A stretch of 15,616 nucleotides of DNA from Polyangiaceae bacterium (GTDB lineage Bacteria; Myxococcota_A; Polyangia; Polyangiales; Polyangiaceae), in assembly GCA_044222475.1 (NCBI GenBank), contig JBGANF010000167.1, forward strand, positions 1 through 15,616, read 5' to 3'. Positions 1 through 6,644 of the stretch are shown here, in pieces. Every line of letters starts with the position of its first letter. The stretch's first letter is position 1. The position numbers and the translations under genes are program-made. The notes under the pieces were generated by a model that was not told the DNA's origin, ran no database searches, and saw only the letters and a list, made by a program, of their open reading frames with translations.

Positions 1-1314
1 GCGGGCGACCGCCTTCGCGATCCACTCCAACGTCCGCTGGGCTGCACCGACGACCGGGGTGAGGGACTGCGCGGTCGTCGCCGCGCGAGCCACCGCGAAC
101 ACGAGCTCGTCGTCGTTCATCCGAACGTCGCTGAACGGCAGCAAGCTCTGGAGCAGGTTGTCGTCGAGCACGGGCTCTGCCTGAGCGGGCTCGCGCGCCG
201 TCGCGACGAAACGGGTCTCGACGACGGGGTTCCGGAGTGGGACCTTGCGCGACGCGAGCAGATCGCTGAGCGAGCGCTCGTGGAGGTTGAGCCCGAGCCC
301 GAGGTGCGGATAGCGGATTCGGCCGACGACCGCGACGTGAGCGCCGGCGACTTCTCTCCGCAGCTCGAGCGAGACCGCACTGCCGGCGGTCGCCGTGAGC
401 GACTGAGCCTCCTTCGAGAAGATCATGCCGGTGCGCTGCGCGATCGCCTCCCAGACTGCGGTCCACCGGTCGCGACCCACGAGGTACGGCTTGCGCGACT
501 GAAGGGGCTCGTCGGGGCGGCGCCGCAGGACCTTGATCGGGAACCCGAGAACCACGTCTTCCCCGTAGGTGACGAGCGCACGCACTTCGAACCGCCACTC
601 GACGGCAAACGTCTGCGTACGAAACGACGGCACCGCATCGGCCGGGAGCGAGATTCGAAACGGGATCGACTCCTGCTCCGGGGCGGCGCCGCGGTGGATC
701 GGAGCCGTCCACCGGGTGTCGACGTGGAACCCACGCGTGAGATCGCGCTCGCGACGAACGAAGCCCGCCTCGACGCCGTGGACTCGCTTCGACGATACGT
801 TCGCCAGCGAGACCGATCCGCTCAGCGTCTCTCCCGGCGCGATGTGATCGCGATCGGCCGACAGCTCGACGTAGAGCTCGTTCGCGCGGGGTCCATCCGA
901 CGTCGCCACCAGGGGCTGCGGCACATCGGGCGGCGTCTCGGGGGCGACCACCACCGGGATCGAGAAGCTCGCTTCCCGGTTCACCCACCACGGAATGTCG
1001 ACGTGAACCCCAATCAAGTAGCTCGCCGAGGTGCCCGACCCACGGAACGACGGCGCCCCGACGAGCGGCACCTGGAAACGAACCTCGCGCACGTGCTTTC
1101 CCGCTCCGAGCTTTCCGGGCTTCCACACGTGCTCGCGCTCCTGAAGAGGCCCGCGCCAATTCTGAAACGACGTCTCCCAATAGCCGAAGCTGATGCGGAC
1201 GAACTCGACCGGCGTCTCCGACTTGAAATCGAGCTCGACGGCGGCCACGAACGTTGCCCCCGGCTCGAGAACCGAAGGCGTGATCCGCACGCGCACCGTC
1301 GGCCGGCTTCGCAT
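1..1314 (-). CDS. Tandem arrestin-fold (Arrestin_N/C-like, SpoOM-like) protein with an extra C-terminal domain; runs off the left edge
   Basis: Not in the ORF track. Manual translation from ATG at 1314 gives MRSRPTVRVRITPSVLEPGATFVAAVELDFKSETPVEFVRISF... with no stop down to base 1 (438 codons); an in-frame TAG lies upstream at 1350-1348. Two internal repeats: PGATFVAAVEL...RFQVPLVGAPSFRGSGTSASYLIGVHVDIPWW and PGETLSGSVSL...PFRISLPADAVPSFRTQTFAVEWRFEVRALV...LGFPIKV, matching the arrestin beta-sandwich pattern. The 280..1479 + ORF is its antisense shadow. Confidence 0.8.
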   Translation of the reverse strand, partial: MRSRPTVRVRITPSVLEPGATFVAAVELDFKSETPVEFVRISFGYWETSFQNWRGPLQEREHVWKPGKLGAGKHVREVRFQVPLVGAPSFRGSGTSASYLIGVHVDIPWWVNREASFSIPVVVAPETPPDVPQPLVATSDGPRANELYVELSADRDHIAPGETLSGSVSLANVSSKRVHGVEAGFVRRERDLTRGFHVDTRWTAPIHRGAAPEQESIPFRISLPADAVPSFRTQTFAVEWRFEVRALVTYGEDVVLGFPIKVLRRRPDEPLQSRKPYLVGRDRWTAVWEAIAQRTGMIFSKEAQSLTATAGSAVSLELRREVAGAHVAVVGRIRYPHLGLGLNLHERSLSDLLASRKVPLRNPVVETRFVATAREPAQAEPVLDDNLLQSLLPFSDVRMNDDELVFAVARAATTAQSLTPVVGAAQRTLEWIAKAVAR

Positions 1315-1320
1315 CGGCGC

Positions 1321-1326
1321 AGCATA
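1321..1326 (-). promoter_or_regulatory. Candidate -10 hexamer (TATGCT) 6 nt before the ATG at 1314; leaderless-type start
   Basis: Minus strand reads cacTATGCTgcgccgATG; no Shine-Dalgarno in the 47-bp divergent gap. Confidence 0.4.
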
Positions 1327-1361
1327 GTGCGACCGTCCAAAGTCGTGCTACCGATCCCTCC

Positions 1362-1832
1362 ATGCGTACGCTGGTCGCGCTCTCGTTTCTCGTGTTCTCC
1401 ATCAGTGTCGGCGCGTGCAAGACGCAAGCGTCCGAGCCGAACCCGACGCCGAAGGCATCCGCCACGGCGGCCGCGGTGAAGGCCGACGCGTTCGGCGAGC
1501 CCATCACCGCCACCGACAAGGCGAGCCTCGTGGACGTCGCGAAGAACCCCGCGGCGTACAAGGGGCGGACCATCGTCACGACCGGAAAGGTGACTCGTGT
1601 CTGCCAAGAGCGCGGTTGCTGGATGGCGATCAAGGACTCGACCAGCGACGCGACGGTGCGCATGCACGGGCACAGCTTCTTCGTCCCGATGACGTCTGCC
1701 GGTCGCGACGCGCGCGTTCAGGGCACGGTCATGATGACCAAGGACGGCAAAGAATGCGACGAGTTGGAGGCGGTGGGCGCACAGCTCGAGCTCGACGCGA
1801 CCGGCGTGGAGCTGTCACCGCCGAGCTCGTAG
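1362..1832 (+). CDS. DUF4920-family lipoprotein
   Basis: Signal peptide with lipobox SVGAC; motif GKVTRVCQERGCWMAI...VRMHGHSFFVP matches the DUF4920 VCxxxGCWM and FFVP pattern. Confidence 0.85.
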   Translation: MRTLVALSFLVFSISVGACKTQASEPNPTPKASATAAAVKADAFGEPITATDKASLVDVAKNPAAYKGRTIVTTGKVTRVCQERGCWMAIKDSTSDATVRMHGHSFFVPMTSAGRDARVQGTVMMTKDGKECDELEAVGAQLELDATGVELSPPSS

Positions 1833-1850
1833 TCCCGAGTTGGTACGACC

Positions 1851-1949
1851 GAGGACTGAGGGGGCGTGCCCCCGCCTGGGGGCACGAGCCCGCGAAAGAG
1901 CTGTTTTCGCTGGCGAACTAGCCGCGGGCCGATCGTCCGGTTAGTCTTC
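1851..1949 (+). other. Intergenic multi-hairpin, candidate structured leader RNA
   Basis: Perfect 9-bp stem CGTGCCCCC/GGGGGCACG (1865-1886, GCCT loop); GCCCGCG 1888-1894 pairs with CGCGGGC 1923-1929; GAGGACTGA 1851-1859 can pair with TTAGTCTTC 1941-1949 (two G-U), just before the GAGGGG RBS. Confidence 0.35.
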
Positions 1950-1967
1950 TCGAAGAGGGGTCCAGCC

Positions 1968-2906
1968 ATGAAGACGATCACACTCTGTCTCGTGTCCGTC
2001 GTGTTCCTTTCGTTGGGCGCTTGCGGGGACGACCCGAAGCCGGCACCGACACCGTACCGGGACGCCGCGCCGACGGGCTGGCGCGCGGTCGTCGGAAGCG
2101 ACGGGACGTTCGTGCACACGTTCGACGAGAAGGATTGGACGGTCCGCGCGCTCGGCAACGTCGACCTCTACGGCGTGTCGTGCGTCGGCAACGACGTCGG
2201 TTGGGCCGTCGGCGCGCACGGCGTGATCGCCCACACGGAAGACGGCGGGCGAACGTGGTCGTGGCAGACGAGCGGAACGACGAGCACGCTCCGCAGCGTC
2301 GCGTTCGCCGATCTGGTCCACGGCATCGCCGTTGGCGACGGCGGCGTCGTCGTGTCGACCGACGACGGCGGGCTCCACTGGGCGCCGGGCTCCGTCGCCG
2401 CCAAGGTGACCCTCGCGTCCGCGTGGACGGCGAGCGGCGTCTTCTACGCGGGCGGCGCGGGTGGCACCCTCGTCCACGGCGCCCAAGGGTCACTCGGCGT
2501 TTCGACGATCGACGGAGCGGCCGACATCGGCGCGGTCACGGCGCGCGGAGCTCGCGTCGTCGTCGGCGACGCGGCGGGCGGCATCTTCGAGAGCTTCGAC
2601 TCGGGCGCGCACTTCACGCGGAGCGGAACCGCGCCGAAGGGTGTACACGCGCTCGCCATCACCGAGGCCGGCGCGATCGTAGCCGCCGGAGATGGTGGTT
2701 CGGTCATGCTCTCGTACCAATTTGGGATGTGGTCGAGCGTACCCAACGCGCTCGGCACGGCGAACCTCCACTCCGCCGTGCCCACGAAGACCGGCGTCTT
2801 CCTCGCCGGCGACCAGGGCACGCTGCTGGTCCTCGACAAGGACGTGCTTCGCTCGATCCCACTCGACACGAAGGCCAACCTCTGGGCGGTCGAGTCTTTC
2901 GAGTAA
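1968..2906 (+). CDS. Ycf48-like / BNR (Asp-box) repeat beta-propeller lipoprotein
   Basis: Start moved from the 1866 GTG to ATG 1968 (GAGGGG at 1955-1960; MKTITLCLVSVVFLSLGAC lipobox). Blades: GWAVGAHGVIAHTEDGGRTW, GIAVGDGGVVVSTDDGGLHW, FESFDSGAHF. Confidence 0.85.
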   Translation: MKTITLCLVSVVFLSLGACGDDPKPAPTPYRDAAPTGWRAVVGSDGTFVHTFDEKDWTVRALGNVDLYGVSCVGNDVGWAVGAHGVIAHTEDGGRTWSWQTSGTTSTLRSVAFADLVHGIAVGDGGVVVSTDDGGLHWAPGSVAAKVTLASAWTASGVFYAGGAGGTLVHGAQGSLGVSTIDGAADIGAVTARGARVVVGDAAGGIFESFDSGAHFTRSGTAPKGVHALAITEAGAIVAAGDGGSVMLSYQFGMWSSVPNALGTANLHSAVPTKTGVFLAGDQGTLLVLDKDVLRSIPLDTKANLWAVESFE

Positions 2907-2921
2907 GATCTCGCGAGGGAC

Positions 2922-3482
2922 TTGGCACTCTTTCACCCTCAAGCGGTTCGCGCTCGCCGCGCCGCGCTGGTCCTCTCCGGGATCGCGGTCGTGTTCGCGC
3001 TCGTCTTCGGCGCGCTTCTGCGCCACTTCATCGCGCTCCCCGATCCCGAGGCAGGGATGCCGTGGCTGATCGGCTCGCTGAGCGCGCTGCTCGTCGCGTA
3101 CCTCCTCCGCATCGGGGCCTCGCTCTGCGAGCTGTTCTGGCTCGAGCGCACCTTCGCCAACCTTCCGGAGACGATGCGCCGCGTGGGCCCGGTCGAGAAG
3201 GTGGACACCATCCTGGTGTTCGGCCTGAGCTTCGTCCCCGTGCTCTCTTGGTTCTGGAAGCTCGGCCTCGTCCACGCGGTGACGGATGGGTTCGAGCGCG
3301 TGCGCGCGACGGTCCCGTTCACGGCGCCCATCCCTCGCCGCATCGGGATCGCCGCGATCATGCTCGGCTGGGTCCCGGGCCTGAACGTGTACATTGCGCC
3401 CTTCCTATGGGAGCTCTTCGCGCGAAGGATCGACCTCGTGTGCACCGAGATCGCGGCAGTGCAGAGCGCACCGCGACCATGA
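2922..3482 (+). CDS. Multi-pass membrane protein, DUF4328-like
   Basis: 186 aa with about 4 hydrophobic segments; LFWLERTFANL...LSFVPVLSWFW and GWVPGLNVYIAP resemble DUF4328 motifs; its stop overlaps the next start (ATGA). The TTG start is uncertain. Confidence 0.6.
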   Translation: MALFHPQAVRARRAALVLSGIAVVFALVFGALLRHFIALPDPEAGMPWLIGSLSALLVAYLLRIGASLCELFWLERTFANLPETMRRVGPVEKVDTILVFGLSFVPVLSWFWKLGLVHAVTDGFERVRATVPFTAPIPRRIGIAAIMLGWVPGLNVYIAPFLWELFARRIDLVCTEIAAVQSAPRP

Positions 3483-4255
3483 CGACGGCTCGTGAAGCCC
3501 TCTCGCGCCTCCGTGCGCTCGCGGATCCGGTGAGGGCGGCTCACGCCCAGCGGTACTTCAAGACCGGACCCGGCGAGTACGCCGAGGGCGATCGCTTCCT
3601 CGGGGTCACGGTGCCGAACACGCGCCGGGTCCTTCGCGAGTCGACCATCGACCTCGAGACTGCGGTCACCCTGCTCGAGAGCGAATGGCACGAGGCTCGG
3701 TTGCTCGCCGTGCTCGCGATGGTTCGTTTGTACCAGAAGGGTACCCCCGAAGCGCGACGGAACGTGTTCGACGCGTACCTCCGCCACACGCGCACGATCG
3801 ACAACTGGGACCTCGTCGACAGCTCGGCCTCGCAGATCGTCGGCCCCGAGCTGTGCGGCAAGGGCGGCAAGGCGCTCGCGAAGCTCGCGCGTTCGAAGCT
3901 CGTCTGGGAGCGGCGCATCGCGGCGATCGCCACCTTCCACGCGCTGAGATCCGGCGATCCGACCGACTCCCTCGCGATCGCGGAGCTCCTCGTGAACGAC
4001 GATCACGACCTGATCCACAAGGCCGTCGGCTGGATGCTCCGCGAGCTGGACCAGCGGTGTGGGCGCGATCACCTGCGGGACTTCCTACGCGTCCACTCGA
4101 AGACGATGCCCCGTACGATGCTTCGCTATGCGATCGAGCACCTCCCACCTGCCGAGCGGAAGCGCTGGATGGAGCGCGCGCCGATCACGCCGGGGGCTTC
4201 GTCGCCGCGTGGACCGTCGCGAGCGCGGCGGCGACGCGCGCGTCCGGTGAGCTGA
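3479..4255 (+). CDS. alkD: DNA alkylation repair protein (AlkD-family HEAT-like DNA glycosylase)
   Basis: 3' part of track ORF 2021..4255, starting at ATG 3479 (ATGA coupling). Motifs RYFKTGPGEYAEGDRFLGVTVP, HEARLLA, IDNWDLVDSSA, WERRIA, DLIHKAVGWMLRE, MPRTMLRYAIEH. Confidence 0.93.
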   Translation: MTTAREALSRLRALADPVRAAHAQRYFKTGPGEYAEGDRFLGVTVPNTRRVLRESTIDLETAVTLLESEWHEARLLAVLAMVRLYQKGTPEARRNVFDAYLRHTRTIDNWDLVDSSASQIVGPELCGKGGKALAKLARSKLVWERRIAAIATFHALRSGDPTDSLAIAELLVNDDHDLIHKAVGWMLRELDQRCGRDHLRDFLRVHSKTMPRTMLRYAIEHLPPAERKRWMERAPITPGASSPRGPSRARRRRARPVS

Positions 4256-6644
4256 CGACCGCGAAGTACCGAGCCGGCGTGAGCTCCGCGTCGGGGAGCA
4301 ACCGCTCGAGGATGGCGATCGCATCCGCGCGGCGCGCCAGCTCCGTGCCTTGAACCACCGCGACGACGTCCACGACCGAGGCGAGGACGACCAGCGTCGC
4401 CTCGAGGTCCTCCTCCGGAACGCCGAGCACGTCGGGAGCGGCAGCCGCATCGACCTTGGGGAACCACCGCTGGAACTGGCGATCGAGCGCCCGGCGATCC
4501 TTGTAGAGCGCACGTGCACGCGCGCGCTCCCCTTCGCTCAGCTCGTCCTCGTCGAGGCCGATCTCGAAGTTCGCGGCCGAGTGATCGTCGAGCGATTCGA
4601 GCGCTGCGACCTCGTGTGCGCGACCGAGCTGGACGATCTCGTCGACCACGTCACCGAGCTCCTTCTGCAGCTCCTTCGGATCGACGAGATCATCGCCTCG
4701 AACATGGATGGCGAGCCCATCGTCGATGCGTCCCGCTGCGATCGCCGCGAGCGCTTCGTCGGGGATGAAGTGATAGAAGGCGCGCTCGCCTCGGGCGCGT
4801 TGGTTCTTCACCAGTCTACGCAGCGTGTCGTTCTGCTGACCGAGCGCGATGACGCTGAACCCGACGGGGATGCCGATGGCGCGTCGATGCGCCTCGACGT
4901 TCTCCTCCGAGACCGTGGCTTCACCGTCGGTCACGAGGACGACCTGGGCGCGAGCCAGGTCGGGATCGTTCCCTTTGGCGTCGGCCACCGCGCGGAGGCT
5001 CGAGAGGAGCGCCGTCTCGATGTCGGTGCCCCCTTCGCGGAGCGTGCCGATGACGTCGGCGATGGCGGCGTCGATTTGCTTCGGACCATCGACCCGGCGC
5101 AGCGGGTGCACGACCGAGTCGAAGTAGCGGTAGAAGAACGTCACGCGGGTGAAGCGGTTCCCCTCGCGATGGCGGCGCTTGAGCGTGAGGAGCTCGGCGC
5201 ACGTGATCGCATCGCGCATCCGCGCCCGCGGCCCGGTCATCGACCCCGAGCCGTCGAGGACGTAGACGCGTACCTCCCCGCGCATCACCGTTCGGTGTCG
5301 GACGATGCGCTCTTCGTGCACGAACCGCCGGGCGAGGAGGCGCCCGGCGGCCATGTCGAGGAGGATCGTCCGCGGATCGTCGACGACCGCATCGGGGATG
5401 TCGCTCGGCTCGGTCGCCTGGAGCAGGAGCAGCTCCTCGGTGGGAAAGCGCACGGCCCGGTATCGCTTGTCGACCTCCTCGATCCGCATGGGCAGGAGCG
5501 CGCCGCCGACCTCGAACGATCCGTCGACCGCCACTTGAGCCGAGAGTAGGCCCTCGAACGCGGCGGCGGTGAAGTTCGTCGCGATCGTGTTGCCCAGGGC
5601 AGCTTGGGTCACATCGCTGCTCTGCGACAGCTTCTCGCCGTTCTTCTTCGCGCGCTCGTAGATCGAGCGCGCGGTGTCGACGAAGTCCCTGCCGAAGAGC
5701 TCGTCGGCGCTCTTCGCGAGGGATGCGCGGCGCCACTTGGGGTCGCTCGGGTCGTCCTTCCAGCCCCAGAGCTTGGCGATCGCGTCGCGTGACTTGCGCA
5801 AGGTCACTTGATCCCCGGAGCGGACCGCCATTCCGTGCTGCGCCACGAGGATCGCGTTGAGCCTTTGCCGCTCGCCGCGCGACATCGCCTCGCGGAGCTG
5901 GTGAGTCAACGTCGCCTCCGAAGAGATGCCCGCGCCCACGAGCCGGTCGATGCGGATGATCTCGCTGGTGATGTGACGACGTCGTTTCTCGACGCCGGCT
6001 TCGTCCAACGGCAGCGCCGCGCTCACGTCGAGGAGCAGCTGCCGCGCGGTCTCGAGGAGGCGACGGCGACGCCCGAGGACCTCGATCTCGTCGGTTGCCT
6101 CGGCGAGGACGTGATCGACTGCGGCGAGATCGAGCTCGAGGAGCCGCGTCGGATGATCGTCGGCGCGACGGGTCGATTTCGCTTTCGCGTCCGCCTCCGT
6201 CGCCACGACGGCAAGCGGCGGGAGGACGAGCGGCGCGCGAGCGACCGCGATCTCGGCGTGCATCCGCGCGTCCTTGCCGTCGTCCACGTAGCGCGACGCA
6301 TGCACGACGACCTCGAAGAGCCGGCGGAGCCACGCGGCGTACGCGACGAGCGGCTTCTTTCGCAGCACGGTGAGACGCTCGACGCTGGAGACGTTCTCCT
6401 CGAGCTCGATGAGAGCACGACTCAGCAGCGCGTTCTCGTCGAGCATCGTGGGCGGGGCGTCGGGATCGATCCGCTGGGCGATGGCATGGAGCAAGAGCTG
6501 CGTCTCCGCCGCCGACACCTTCGGCGCGTAGCCGAGGCGCGCGAGGATCGGTCGCATGAGGCGGACGAAGGTCGCTTCGATCCCGTCGGGCCCGCGGGCG
6601 ACTCGCTCGATCCGCTTCTCGAGATCCTCGAGCTTGGCGTTCAC
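4185..6644 (-). CDS. vWA (MIDAS) domain protein, ViaA-like, with long helical N-terminus and extra C-terminal domain (819 aa)
   Basis: VYVLDGSGSMTG (DxSxS, about 5255-5241), GGTDI, VVLVTDGEA; pre-vWA segment LLDMAAGRLLARRF resembles ViaA; GTG start overlaps the ATPase stop (GTGA 6644-6641). Confidence 0.88.
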   Translation of the reverse strand: MNAKLEDLEKRIERVARGPDGIEATFVRLMRPILARLGYAPKVSAAETQLLLHAIAQRIDPDAPPTMLDENALLSRALIELEENVSSVERLTVLRKKPLVAYAAWLRRLFEVVVHASRYVDDGKDARMHAEIAVARAPLVLPPLAVVATEADAKAKSTRRADDHPTRLLELDLAAVDHVLAEATDEIEVLGRRRRLLETARQLLLDVSAALPLDEAGVEKRRRHITSEIIRIDRLVGAGISSEATLTHQLREAMSRGERQRLNAILVAQHGMAVRSGDQVTLRKSRDAIAKLWGWKDDPSDPKWRRASLAKSADELFGRDFVDTARSIYERAKKNGEKLSQSSDVTQAALGNTIATNFTAAAFEGLLSAQVAVDGSFEVGGALLPMRIEEVDKRYRAVRFPTEELLLLQATEPSDIPDAVVDDPRTILLDMAAGRLLARRFVHEERIVRHRTVMRGEVRVYVLDGSGSMTGPRARMRDAITCAELLTLKRRHREGNRFTRVTFFYRYFDSVVHPLRRVDGPKQIDAAIADVIGTLREGGTDIETALLSSLRAVADAKGNDPDLARAQVVLVTDGEATVSEENVEAHRRAIGIPVGFSVIALGQQNDTLRRLVKNQRARGERAFYHFIPDEALAAIAAGRIDDGLAIHVRGDDLVDPKELQKELGDVVDEIVQLGRAHEVAALESLDDHSAANFEIGLDEDELSEGERARARALYKDRRALDRQFQRWFPKVDAAAAPDVLGVPEEDLEATLVVLASVVDVVAVVQGTELARRADAIAILERLLPDAELTPARYFAVVSSPDARVAAALATVHAATKPPA

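Noticed and set aside
280..1479. 399-aa plus-strand ORF
   Set aside because: Arg-rich antisense shadow in register with the minus-strand arrestin-like gene; it also overlaps DUF4920.
2021..3478. Apparent 744-aa AlkD fusion
   Set aside because: The upstream part is Arg-rich off-frame translation over two real genes; AlkD starts at ATG 3479.
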